Positions 19,098 through 28,504 of a stretch of 64,000 bases of DNA are shown here, in pieces. A model generated the notes under the pieces. The model was not told where the DNA came from, ran no database searches, and was given only the letters and a program-made list of their open reading frames with translations. The translations under genes were made by a program, and so were the position numbers. This DNA comes from a virus, in the IMG/VR virus record IMGVR_UViG_3300025646_005482, positions 32,001 to 96,000 of that record; one strand, 5' to 3'. The stretch's first letter is position 1; every line of letters starts with the position of its first letter.

Positions 19098-20720
19098 ATG
19101 AATATCTTCAAAGAATACACAGAAAATCAGAAGCGCGCTAAAGATAAGATCAAGCGTGAGAAAGAAGCTGATAAGGCAAAACATGATCGTATGATGGATC
19201 AAGCTCGTAACCGTGATACTTCTCGAAAGAATACTATGTCTGAGTCAGAGATTCATGTACGTCTCGATCATCTCGATGGTGACTCTCGTCAGAAGAAAGC
19301 TGGTGCTGTCATGCGCAAGCATGAACGAGCAGGTCATATCGAGTATGTTGGCAATACTGATAAAGGTGTTGTATTCAAAGCGAAGAGCAAAGCACACGCT
19401 GACCGACTACACAGAGATCTGAAGCCTCATGCAACTGGTGTTGAGCACATGAGCGAAGCTACTAAGTCAGCACAAGATCCCGATATTAAAGATAGAGAGG
19501 GTACACAACCCGCTGCCTATCATAAAGGTTTAAAGAAAACAACAAAAGCAAAGCGAGATGCACACTTTAAGAAGCACGGTAAGAAAGCAGATGATGATGC
19601 TTCAGCATATAAAGATGCACCTGGCGATAAGAAAGCAAGGAAGGGAGACATGCCTAAGTCAAAGTATACTAAGTTCGTAGATAATATGATGAAGGAAGGT
19701 ACTGACTTCGCTGCTCATCGTGCCGCTAAAGCAACTGCACCTTCAGATTCTGATCGTAAAAAGATGGCGAAGGTAGCAGATCTGATGCGTAAAGAGCGTG
19801 AGAAGAAAGCTGCGATGAAAGAGGGTAAGGTTGATAATCACCCAGAAGTTAGAAAGCTATTTAAGGGTATAGGCAAAACCAAACCGGATAGTTTCGAAAG
19901 AAGGCGTGCGGTTCGTGCTTGGTCAAATAAGCGAAAGGAACTGCATAACGAAGAAGCACAAGTCGATGAAAGTGTATACAAAGGTAAAGATGCATTTGGT
20001 CGTGGTGTGATTGGTAGACTGCGTGGTGGTAAAGCTGGTGCTTATATGGCAAAGAAAGCCAAAGAACGTTCTGATATGAATAAGAAGAACGATCCAGGTT
20101 CAGCGAAGAAAGGTTATGCTCTCAGTGTAACAGACAAAGATAAAGCAATGGCGAAAGCACGAAAGAAAGGTTTGAGCCCTAAGCATCCTACTACTAACTA
20201 TAATAGGAAGCTGCCTGAAGAAGCACAGAAGAAAGATCATCAGACTATTAGCTACGTTACACATGGTGGTCAGAAGGGTAAAGTACAGGTACATAAAGAC
20301 AATGCCTTCAAAGCACTGAATCATTATCGTAAAAATAACAAGAGTGCACAGTTTGAAGCGATGTCACCTGAATCTCGGAAAGCACATGGTCGAATGTTTA
20401 AGGCCGCACAAAAGAAGAAGGATGATTCAGCTGCACAAGCCGACCGCGAAAAGCGATTGAAGGCAAAAGGATGGGTCAAGAACGATCGTGGCGGTATGTC
20501 GAAAGTAACCGAAGAGGGTGATAGTTCATTCGCTGCGAAGGCTGCTAAGTCAGGCATTTCGGTCGGTACCCTGAAGAAGGTATATAATAGAGGAGTTGCT
20601 GCGTGGAAGACAGGTCATCGACCAGGAACTACGCCATCTCAATGGGGTCATGCACGTGTAAATGCGTTCATTGCCAAGAAAAAGAAAGGTGGACTTAACC
20701 ACGACAAAGATCTAGCGTGA
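19098..20720 (+). CDS. Basic modular protein, probable capsid-internal polyprotein
   Basis: MNIFKEYTE N-terminus; modules separated by MSE, MKE, VDE, LPEE, QFE, VTEE; last module KSGIS..LKKVYNRGVAAWKTGHRPG..QWGHARVN. Confidence 0.65.
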   Translation: MNIFKEYTENQKRAKDKIKREKEADKAKHDRMMDQARNRDTSRKNTMSESEIHVRLDHLDGDSRQKKAGAVMRKHERAGHIEYVGNTDKGVVFKAKSKAHADRLHRDLKPHATGVEHMSEATKSAQDPDIKDREGTQPAAYHKGLKKTTKAKRDAHFKKHGKKADDDASAYKDAPGDKKARKGDMPKSKYTKFVDNMMKEGTDFAAHRAAKATAPSDSDRKKMAKVADLMRKEREKKAAMKEGKVDNHPEVRKLFKGIGKTKPDSFERRRAVRAWSNKRKELHNEEAQVDESVYKGKDAFGRGVIGRLRGGKAGAYMAKKAKERSDMNKKNDPGSAKKGYALSVTDKDKAMAKARKKGLSPKHPTTNYNRKLPEEAQKKDHQTISYVTHGGQKGKVQVHKDNAFKALNHYRKNNKSAQFEAMSPESRKAHGRMFKAAQKKKDDSAAQADREKRLKAKGWVKNDRGGMSKVTEEGDSSFAAKAAKSGISVGTLKKVYNRGVAAWKTGHRPGTTPSQWGHARVNAFIAKKKKGGLNHDKDLA

Positions 20721-20727
20721 GGAAATT

Positions 20728-21033
20728 ATGGCAGATTTGAAAGACACAGCTCAAATTCAAGGATTGATGAGCGCGGTGAAAGATATTATGGCAGGTAATC
20801 AAAACCTGTATCAACAAGATTTAGAACGACAATTTAATTTTCCTGGTGGTATGGCGCCAGTAGAGGAACCAGTAGATGTTAGCGGAAGCGATACAGAGAC
20901 AGAAGTTGCAGTCAGCGGCGAAGAGCCTATCGAAGCTAGCGCGGAGCTCGACGTCAGTGCGGAGAGTGATGCAGAAGATGCAGTCGGGGAAGTTGCCGAC
21001 GAAGCAGGATCTGAAATCGATCAAGGGCGCTGA
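20728..21033 (+). CDS. Acidic low-complexity protein (scaffold/core-like)
   Basis: SD GAGGA; E/D-rich C-terminal half. Confidence 0.6.
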   Translation: MADLKDTAQIQGLMSAVKDIMAGNQNLYQQDLERQFNFPGGMAPVEEPVDVSGSDTETEVAVSGEEPIEASAELDVSAESDAEDAVGEVADEAGSEIDQGR

Positions 21034-22387
21034 GCAAGACGATGTAGTCATGGCTCTGACCAAGGCGATTGGTCCTGACGAAGCAATCAAATTGCTTGAG
21101 ATGTGTGATATGTCTAAACACGCTGAGAAACTTGTGTCTGCGAAAGGCAATCCTGATGGTCCGCTTCCAAAGTGGGGCGAGCCAGGTGGTGTAGAAGATG
21201 CATTGAAGAAAACACCTGGTCAAAAGAAAAAGAAAGTTGTGGAAGAAGTGAAGACAATCAAAGTTGGCGAGGATGCCGTAGGTGCAGATAACTGTCACTA
21301 TGCACTCGTCATGGATAGAAAAGTCACTGCAACCGGTACGAAAGACGAGATGCTGGCGAAGTGCAAAAAGGAGGGAGGCCGAGTTTGGGTGTCTACTAAA
21401 AACGTTGGAGATGTAGTAGAAGAAGCTGAATTGCGACACATACTACGATATATTCCTGATCCTGAAGCAATTCAAGAAGCAGAGTATCATGTCACACGTC
21501 CAGGCGGATCATTAAGTAAACCTGATAGTGTACATAAGAATAAGTCAGAAGCAATGAAAGCTGCGTACAGACTGTCTAAGAATAAGCACATGGGTGCTAA
21601 AGGTGGTCAAGTGTATCGAGTACATAATGGCGAAGTTACTCATGGTTTTGACACTGAAGGTCGTTCGCGGCACCTCGGTCTCGATCATGCTAAAGTAACC
21701 GGCAAGAAGCCTATCAAAGAGATGGGCCAAATGAGTCATGGTAATCCGCTTCATACTTCTAATGCTGGAAAAAACCGTACCGCTACATCTAAATCGATGG
21801 CAGCTGCTGGTAAAAAGAGAAAAACTTTAGACAAATTAGAAAAAAAGATGGTCGCACTCAAGAGAAAAAAGAGGGCATTCAGAAGAGATATGTATGAAGC
21901 AAAGTTTGCTGTTGACATTGAAGGCATGCCTCGTTTCTATATGGATTCGGATTCACCAGCAAAAGTCAAGATAGCGTTACGAAATATGCTGAAGAAAGCA
22001 TCGGCTGTCAAGAGTGTTACTCGTACATATGATACGAACATCAAGGCTGATCTGAGACAGCGTCTGAAAGATGCGAGTACAGATATGCATACTAATTACG
22101 TATCAGAGAAGTTAAAGCCGTCCGATGACATGGGTGATTGGGTCGACGACTTCAAAAAATCAGATGCACCACAATTTAAGGGTAAGTCAATGGAAAAGAG
22201 ACGACAAATGGCCATCGCTGCTAAACTGTCTGCGATGCGAGAAGGTTGGAAATCAGATTCAGGTTGGAAGAAAGTTTCTGGTCCTCGCAAAGACGAGTAC
22301 GGCAATACGGTTAAGAAACAAAACATTGCTAAGCACCTTGCTAAAAAAGCAATGAACAAGACGAAAGCAATGGGAGAAAAGAAATGA
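20876..22387 (+). CDS. Basic modular protein, probable capsid-internal polyprotein
   Basis: ATG 20876 with GAGGA at 20863-20867; modules separated by LAE, LLE, VEE, IQE, IKE, MYE, VSE, MRE. Confidence 0.65.
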   Translation: MLAEAIQRQKLQSAAKSLSKLARSSTSVRRVMQKMQSGKLPTKQDLKSIKGAEQDDVVMALTKAIGPDEAIKLLEMCDMSKHAEKLVSAKGNPDGPLPKWGEPGGVEDALKKTPGQKKKKVVEEVKTIKVGEDAVGADNCHYALVMDRKVTATGTKDEMLAKCKKEGGRVWVSTKNVGDVVEEAELRHILRYIPDPEAIQEAEYHVTRPGGSLSKPDSVHKNKSEAMKAAYRLSKNKHMGAKGGQVYRVHNGEVTHGFDTEGRSRHLGLDHAKVTGKKPIKEMGQMSHGNPLHTSNAGKNRTATSKSMAAAGKKRKTLDKLEKKMVALKRKKRAFRRDMYEAKFAVDIEGMPRFYMDSDSPAKVKIALRNMLKKASAVKSVTRTYDTNIKADLRQRLKDASTDMHTNYVSEKLKPSDDMGDWVDDFKKSDAPQFKGKSMEKRRQMAIAAKLSAMREGWKSDSGWKKVSGPRKDEYGNTVKKQNIAKHLAKKAMNKTKAMGEKK

Positions 22388-22536
22388 AGAAGTTCAAGGA
22401 TTTTGTAACGGAGAAGAAAGAATTGTCTCCTGCACAGAAGAAGCATCTTGATGTAGATGATGATAACGACATTGACGCAGCAGATTTTAAGAAGCTGCGA
22501 GCGAAGAAAGAGAAAGCTGTCAAGGATGACGACTAA
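22384..22536 (+). CDS. 50-aa protein with CTS-like N-terminus and EF-hand-like loop (not in ORF track)
   Basis: MKKFKDFVTE-KKELSPAQKKHLDVDDDNDIDAADFKKLRAKK; ATGA overlap. Confidence 0.75.
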   Translation: MKKFKDFVTEKKELSPAQKKHLDVDDDNDIDAADFKKLRAKKEKAVKDDD

Positions 22537-22542
22537 TAAATA
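22535..22542 (+). promoter_or_regulatory. Possible late promoter variant
   Basis: AATAAATA. Confidence 0.45.
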
Positions 22543-22572
22543 ACTGTTTAAACATAAGACGGAGAATAAGAA

Positions 22573-22917
22573 ATGTCTTTATTCGGAAAAAGAGACCAGT
22601 ACTCTGACGCACCTAAGTTTGTTGCGAAGGCAGAAACAGGTGAGACTGGACAAGCTTTGTTCGGCAATACTACTGATGGTGTTTTTGGTGTAGATCAAGC
22701 TGAATCAAAAGCTGCGCGCGGCGCTGGAAAGGGTAGTGTACCTCCAGGTTGGGTTCGTAAGTATACTCGAACTCGTGGCGGTGTAAGCCAGGATGTACAT
22801 GAGACACTAGCAACTCTTAAGATTAGTCTTGATGCTACTGATTTCGCTAATACTTCAACGCTTGATGTAGCTAACACTACTGGTACTGCTGACGATTCAG
22901 AATTCCCTGATTCCTAA
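22573..22917 (+). CDS. Probable small virion protein
   Basis: SD GGAG; MSLFGKRD...VFGVD..E...PGWV...ETL...DDSEFPDS. Confidence 0.6.
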   Translation: MSLFGKRDQYSDAPKFVAKAETGETGQALFGNTTDGVFGVDQAESKAARGAGKGSVPPGWVRKYTRTRGGVSQDVHETLATLKISLDATDFANTSTLDVANTTGTADDSEFPDS

Positions 22918-22930
22918 TATTTAGATCATT

Positions 22931-23320
22931 ATGACACCATTGACTGAGTCAAACTTTTTGTTATATGCTGCGGCAAATTACACCAATACGGTGTACGATA
23001 CTGAAGAGTTTTATGATGACTTGAAAAGGTTCAAATATCTAAAGCGTCTCTTCTCAAGATATATTGAGAAGGGTGAGTTAAAGGAAAGATTGATACTGAA
23101 TCATGTCATTACATTATATAACGTATTTCGTCATGATGCAGCGACACGTATGTTATTTTTTAAGATCGATGAAGAACACTGGCATATTTTAAAAACATTT
23201 TTATTATTTTTACAATATATGCCAGATAGAATCACAGATCTAAATTTTGAAGGGTGTCATATTAGAACAGAAATGTTATCAGTAGATCTTAAAATTGCAG
23301 AGGTATTAAGGAACATATAG
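22931..23320 (+). CDS. Conserved T4-like hypothetical protein
   Basis: EEFYDDLKRFKYLKRLF...LKERLILNH...RMLFFK. Confidence 0.75.
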   Translation: MTPLTESNFLLYAAANYTNTVYDTEEFYDDLKRFKYLKRLFSRYIEKGELKERLILNHVITLYNVFRHDAATRMLFFKIDEEHWHILKTFLLFLQYMPDRITDLNFEGCHIRTEMLSVDLKIAEVLRNI

Positions 23321-23466
23321 TGGCTAAAGCAAAAGGAATGATGGGCATCAAGCTTACTATCGAACCTTCTAATAAGGGGACCAGTATTGGTCGCAACAAT
23401 ATTAAGATGGCTTCGATGAACAAAGCTAGAAAGAGATCATTTAAAAAGTATAGAGGTCAGGGCTAA
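23320..23466 (+). CDS. Small basic conserved protein (48 aa, not in ORF track)
   Basis: GTG start; TSIG...SMNKARKRSFKKYRGQG; coupled to both neighbours. Confidence 0.7.
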   Translation: MAKAKGMMGIKLTIEPSNKGTSIGRNNIKMASMNKARKRSFKKYRGQG

Positions 23467-23969
23467 TGGCTAAAGGTGTAGTAGATCTAGCTGCGATTTA
23501 CATGTTTTTAAAGCGATTAGTAACACCTTTTGACCAATGGGATGCATATAAAACCGGTCTTATTGATAAGGACGGGAAAGTTATTGTGTCTAAAGCCGAT
23601 AGAACTCCTGAACAGAACAAATCGTTTGGGTATTTCGATCGCCTTGTAGCTAATCTGAAAAAACTGATGGGCAAAATACCCGGAGGTAAAACCCGTATCG
23701 CATCATTTGCTGCTGCGCTCTTGCTTTTGCGTGAAAAGAATCTAGATCCCGATGACATTGAATATCTAGAAGAGTGTTTGCATCACTACATGAAAGAAGC
23801 GGAAATGCTAGTTGAAGAAGGAGAAGGTGGTCCTACTAATTCTACATCGATGGGCCCTGGTATGGGCGATGATCCTCAAGTATTTCCTAAGAAGAAAAGA
23901 AAAACATCCTTCATCACGCGCAATTACATTGAGGTCAATGGCAAGCGCAAACGTATTTTTAAGGGCTGA
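23466..23969 (+). CDS. T4-like gp61.1-type conserved protein
   Basis: YMFLKRLVTPFDQWDAYKTGLIDKDG; position shortly upstream of primase. Confidence 0.6.
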   Translation: MAKGVVDLAAIYMFLKRLVTPFDQWDAYKTGLIDKDGKVIVSKADRTPEQNKSFGYFDRLVANLKKLMGKIPGGKTRIASFAAALLLLREKNLDPDDIEYLEECLHHYMKEAEMLVEEGEGGPTNSTSMGPGMGDDPQVFPKKKRKTSFITRNYIEVNGKRKRIFKG

Positions 23970-23971
23970 CC

Positions 23972-24256
23972 ATGGCTGAATCACAAGTAAAACGTTTAGA
24001 TCGTATTGAAGAGAAGATCGATAAGTTAGGCGATGCAATGATCTCTCTCGCGCGCGCTGAAGAAAAACTTATTGCTATTGAAAACAATAATCATGCTAAC
24101 TTTGACCGGCTCAATCGCTTCTCTTCTAAGCTGGATGATATAGAGAAGAAGGTTGATGACAATGCTCATACCGTTCAAATCATCAATCGTCTGTTCTGGA
24201 TTGTAGCCGTAGCAATCGCGTCTGTAGTGGTATCACAGCACTTCCCGTTTGTTTAA
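23972..24256 (+). CDS. Coiled-coil protein with C-terminal TM helix
   Basis: RLDRIEEKIDKL heptads; FWIVAVAIASVVV. Confidence 0.7.
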   Translation: MAESQVKRLDRIEEKIDKLGDAMISLARAEEKLIAIENNNHANFDRLNRFSSKLDDIEKKVDDNAHTVQIINRLFWIVAVAIASVVVSQHFPFV

Positions 24257-24259
24257 ACA

Positions 24260-24287
24260 TGTACATTCCCTGACATAGCGGTATAAT
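24260..24287 (+). promoter_or_regulatory. sigma70-type promoter for primase/nrd operon
   Basis: TGTACA-N16-TATAAT. Confidence 0.7.
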
Positions 24288-24315
24288 AGCTCTATCGCTA
24301 TTCAGGTATTTTATT

Positions 24316-25329
24316 ATGTGGTTAGAACAAAAGTATATTGGTCTCATCTCCAACCGATTGGACCGATTTAAGCGAGTTAAGGCTCAACACTATAACTTCA
24401 GGTGCCCCGTTTGTGGAGACTCCAGAAAAAATAAGTACAAAGCACGTGGTTGGATATTTCCGAAAGACGATGGCGGATTTTTGTACCATTGTCATAATTG
24501 TAGTATCACTTTGGGTATCGATAAGTTACTTGAGTTCGTCGATCCAATAATATATCAGGAATTTATCCGCGAGAAAATATCGGATAATCTGACCCCGCAA
24601 GAGCGGAAGGTGACAGAGGCCGAAGTACTGGCTATCAAAATGAAACCCCCCAAGTTCGTTAAGTCTAGCGGACTAAAAAACCTCAAAAAAATCTCACAAT
24701 TATCTCACAGTCATCCCGCCAAGGTATATATAAACAAGAGACAGATTCCTACTCTGTATCATGCTAAGCTGTTCTATGCGCCACGCTTCAAGCAATTTGT
24801 CAATAGTGTGTTGCCTGGAAAGTTTGATACATTGGATCATGATGAACCACGTCTCATTATACCGTTTCTCGATGAGGATAAGAACCTCTTCGGATTTCAA
24901 GGACGATCGTTTCGTAAGGATGGCATACGGTATATAACAATAATGATCGACACGAAGAAGTCGAAAGTCTTCGGCTTAGATACCTGTGATCGTTCTAAAA
25001 CACACTACATTCTAGAAGGTCCTATCGACTCGATGTTTGTAGATAACTCTATCGCGATGGCAGGTGGTTCCATTGATTGGGATTTAGTGAATGAAAACAG
25101 CGTTTTTGTTTACGATAACGAACCACGATCTGCAGAAACATGTGCTAAGATTGAGAAGACGATAGATAAAGGATATAAGGTGGTCATATTCCCGGAGTCA
25201 ATCAAATCAAAGGACATCAATGATATGATTTTAAACTCAGAAACTATGTACATCGATGAAGTTTTAAGAGATAATATATCCTCCGGCCTTGAAGCAAAAA
25301 TACATTACACCGCATGGAAAAGAATATGA
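24316..25329 (+). CDS. 61: DNA primase gp61
   Basis: RCPVCGDS...YHCHNC zinc finger; FQGR; EGPIDS; DNEPR; KDIND. Confidence 0.96.
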   Translation: MWLEQKYIGLISNRLDRFKRVKAQHYNFRCPVCGDSRKNKYKARGWIFPKDDGGFLYHCHNCSITLGIDKLLEFVDPIIYQEFIREKISDNLTPQERKVTEAEVLAIKMKPPKFVKSSGLKNLKKISQLSHSHPAKVYINKRQIPTLYHAKLFYAPRFKQFVNSVLPGKFDTLDHDEPRLIIPFLDEDKNLFGFQGRSFRKDGIRYITIMIDTKKSKVFGLDTCDRSKTHYILEGPIDSMFVDNSIAMAGGSIDWDLVNENSVFVYDNEPRSAETCAKIEKTIDKGYKVVIFPESIKSKDINDMILNSETMYIDEVLRDNISSGLEAKIHYTAWKRI

Positions 25330-25541
25330 GTAGCAAAGAAATTCACCTCAGTACATTTATGAACCCTGAATTCAATCGCAAGGCAGAATTGTCTAAGGAT
25401 ACATATCATTATATCGTTCGTATGTTCGAAAACGGACAACTAATGAAAACAGAACTCCTTGAAAATCATTCTGTCTATTATGCTGAAGATTTGGCAGAAA
25501 ACTTCGTCCAAAAATGGGGTGCATTCAAAGATGGAAATTGA
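25326..25541 (+). CDS. Hypothetical protein
   Basis: ATGA overlap; HSVYYAEDLAENFV. Confidence 0.65.
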   Translation: MSSKEIHLSTFMNPEFNRKAELSKDTYHYIVRMFENGQLMKTELLENHSVYYAEDLAENFVQKWGAFKDGN

Positions 25542-25755
25542 TCCTGTAGTTTTTATCACTGTTGCACTGATGTTTATCTGCTATCAAGTAGGTCGTGTAA
25601 TTGGTGGTGCCGAAGCTCATCATGCAGGATTTGTAGAAGGTGCAAGTGCAGGCATAGATAAGATTTTAAAGGTGCTAAGACAAGAGTATGGTATCATTGT
25701 AGGCTATGATGATATCGTTGTAAAACCAGAAGAAATAGAAGAAAAGGCAGACTAA
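25531..25755 (+). CDS. Small membrane protein
   Basis: N-terminal TM helix. Confidence 0.6.
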   Translation: MEIDPVVFITVALMFICYQVGRVIGGAEAHHAGFVEGASAGIDKILKVLRQEYGIIVGYDDIVVKPEEIEEKAD

Positions 25756-26192
25756 TGTTCAGATACAATTGTATAATTCGCAGGGTCGTCGACGGTGATA
25801 CTATCGATGTAGACATTGATCTCGGATTTGGGATCTGGCAGCATAACGAACGCGTCCGTATTCATGGTATCGACACGCCAGAATCACGCACTCGAGACAA
25901 AGTAGAAAAGCAGTTCGGTCTGCTAGCGAAAAAGTTTGTACAAAAACATTTGCCTGTTGGTTCAAAACAAACGCTAGTCACAGAAAAGGCTGGCGATGAG
26001 TCGAAAGGTAAATTCGGTCGTATTTTGGGCAAGTTTGAAGTATATGATGGAGTAACTGACAGCACCATGTTTTTAGGAGATATCATGATCCGCGAAGGAC
26101 ATGCAGTTCCTTATTTTGGTTTAAGTAAGGAAGACATTCAAGAGCAACATCTTGCTAATCGTCTAAAACTGCATGAGCGCGGAGTGATCTAA
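25755..26192 (+). CDS. Thermonuclease (SNase-like) family protein
   Basis: VVDGDTIDV, VRIHGIDTPE, KFGRILG. Confidence 0.9.
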   Translation: MFRYNCIIRRVVDGDTIDVDIDLGFGIWQHNERVRIHGIDTPESRTRDKVEKQFGLLAKKFVQKHLPVGSKQTLVTEKAGDESKGKFGRILGKFEVYDGVTDSTMFLGDIMIREGHAVPYFGLSKEDIQEQHLANRLKLHERGVI

Positions 26193-28504
26193 TGATTGGC
26201 AATATCATCAGTGTAACTAAAAGAAACGGAGACAAAGAAGCTCTTGATTTGGAAAAATTTCATCGTGTTGCTAGTTTTGCTTGCGATGGCCTGAACGGTG
26301 TATCCGCTTCTGAATTAGAGATCAAAACACACATTCAGTTCTACAACAACATCAAGACTGTCGATGTACAGGAGATGTTGATCAAAGCAGCAGCTGATCT
26401 TATCACTGAAGAAACACCGAACTATCAGTATGTAGCAGGCCGTCTAATCAATTATGGGCTGCGCAAAGAGGTATATGGTCAGTTCAAACCTCCGTCTCTC
26501 ACAGAACATATTATTACACAAATAGCCGAATTTCGATACGATGAAGTGTTGATGAAAAAATACACTCGCGAAGAGATAGATTTTCTTAACAGTAAAATAG
26601 ATCATACTCGCGACTTCGCCTTGACTTATGCTGCGATGGAACAAATGCGCGGCAAGTATCTTTTAAAAGATCGTGTTACAGGCAAAATCTATGAAACACC
26701 TCAGATGGCGATGATGTGTATCGCTATGGTTCTGTTTCATGATTACGACAAAGACAGACTCGAATGGGTTGTAAAGTTATACAATGCTCTGAGCAACTTC
26801 GATATCAGTCTGCCTACACCAATTATGGCGGGAGTACGAACGCCTCAACGACAGTTCTCGTCTTGCGTACTTATCGAGACTGATGACTCACTGGATTCTA
26901 TCAATGCAACGGCTTCGTCAATTGTCAAATACGTTTCTCAAAAAGCTGGAATCGGCGTCGGTGCCGGTCGCATCCGTGCTTTGGGTTCTGCTGTGCGCAA
27001 CGGTGATACTAGTCATACTGGTATTATCCCCTTTCTTAAGTATTTTCAGAGTGCTGTTAAAAGTTGTTCGCAAGGCGGTGTTAGAGGCGGAGCGGCGACT
27101 ATCTACTATCCGATTTGGCACTACGAAGTAGAAGATCTACTTGTACTGAAGAACAATAAGGGTACGGAAGAAAATCGAGTCCGTAACATGGATTACGGCG
27201 TACAATTTAATCAAGTCATGTATGAACGTCTTGTGAAAGGACAAGATATTACTTTGTTCTCACCTCATGAATGTCCTGATATGTACGAAGCATTCTTTGT
27301 AGATACCGATAAGTTCCGCGAATTGTATGAGAAGTATGAGCGCAAGACTTCTATCATGAAGCGTTCAATTCCTGCTCGCGATCTCTTTGCTCATTTTATG
27401 CAGGAACGAAAGGATACTGGTCGTATCTATTTGATGAATGTTGATAACGCGAATGACCATGGTGCATTTAAGAAAGAGCTTGCGCCTATTCGCCAGTCTA
27501 ACCTCTGCTGTGAAATCAATCTGCCTACTACACCACTCAATGATCTACACGATGAGAAAGGAGAGATCAGTCTGTGCACTCTGGCAGCTATCAATTGGGG
27601 TAACATCAGAAAACCAGAAGATTTTGCTTTACCGTGTGAACTCTCGGTCAGAGCATTAGATGCATTGCTTGATTATCAAGACTATCCTGTGAATGCAGCG
27701 TTTCAAGGAACGATGGCACGTCGCCCGCTGGGAATAGGTATCATTAACTTTGCATATTGGCTTGCAAAGAATGACACAAATTATCAAGCACCTAATCTTA
27801 AATTAATTCATGAATACGCAGAAGCATGGTCATACTATCTGATTCAGGCATCCGCTGTTCTCGCTGCAGAAAAAGGGTCTTGTGGTAAATCGTATCAAAC
27901 AAAATATCATGATGGTGTATTGCCTATCGACACGTATAAGAAAACTGTCGATGAACTGACACCACCAGAATATAATATGCCATGGAATGAATTACGTGCT
28001 TTGCTCAAAGAAGTCGGCATTCGTAACTCAACACTGATGGCGCTGATGCCTGCTGAGACGTCTGCACAGATCAGCAATAGCACGAATGGTATTGAACCTC
28101 CTCGCTCGCTCATCTCTGTGAAGCAATCAAAAGACGGTGTGCTGAAGCAGGTTGTACCACAAATACATAAACTAAAGAACAAGTATGATTTGCTTTGGGA
28201 ACAAAAATCTCCCGAAGGCTATCTACAAATTATGGCGGTGTTGCAGAAATTTATCGATCAAGGTATTTCTGTCAATACGAGCTATAATCCATTGCATTAT
28301 GATGAAGAGAAGATTCCTCTCTCGACAATGATGCAACATATGTTGATGTTCTACAAGTATGGTGGCAAGCAACTCTATTACAATAACACTTATGACGGAG
28401 CTGGTGAAATCACCGACGAACGTGATCCACCAGTGGAAGAAGTCGAAGAAGGCGCGGCATGTGATTGGAGAAATCCAGAAGACTGCGACGCCTGTAAGAT
28501 CTAA
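26192..28504 (+). CDS. nrdA: Class Ia ribonucleotide reductase alpha subunit with ATP cone
   Basis: VTKRNG, QFSSCVLI, CSQGGVRGG, SNLCCEI, C-terminal CDAC. Confidence 0.98.
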   Translation: MIGNIISVTKRNGDKEALDLEKFHRVASFACDGLNGVSASELEIKTHIQFYNNIKTVDVQEMLIKAAADLITEETPNYQYVAGRLINYGLRKEVYGQFKPPSLTEHIITQIAEFRYDEVLMKKYTREEIDFLNSKIDHTRDFALTYAAMEQMRGKYLLKDRVTGKIYETPQMAMMCIAMVLFHDYDKDRLEWVVKLYNALSNFDISLPTPIMAGVRTPQRQFSSCVLIETDDSLDSINATASSIVKYVSQKAGIGVGAGRIRALGSAVRNGDTSHTGIIPFLKYFQSAVKSCSQGGVRGGAATIYYPIWHYEVEDLLVLKNNKGTEENRVRNMDYGVQFNQVMYERLVKGQDITLFSPHECPDMYEAFFVDTDKFRELYEKYERKTSIMKRSIPARDLFAHFMQERKDTGRIYLMNVDNANDHGAFKKELAPIRQSNLCCEINLPTTPLNDLHDEKGEISLCTLAAINWGNIRKPEDFALPCELSVRALDALLDYQDYPVNAAFQGTMARRPLGIGIINFAYWLAKNDTNYQAPNLKLIHEYAEAWSYYLIQASAVLAAEKGSCGKSYQTKYHDGVLPIDTYKKTVDELTPPEYNMPWNELRALLKEVGIRNSTLMALMPAETSAQISNSTNGIEPPRSLISVKQSKDGVLKQVVPQIHKLKNKYDLLWEQKSPEGYLQIMAVLQKFIDQGISVNTSYNPLHYDEEKIPLSTMMQHMLMFYKYGGKQLYYNNTYDGAGEITDERDPPVEEVEEGAACDWRNPEDCDACKI

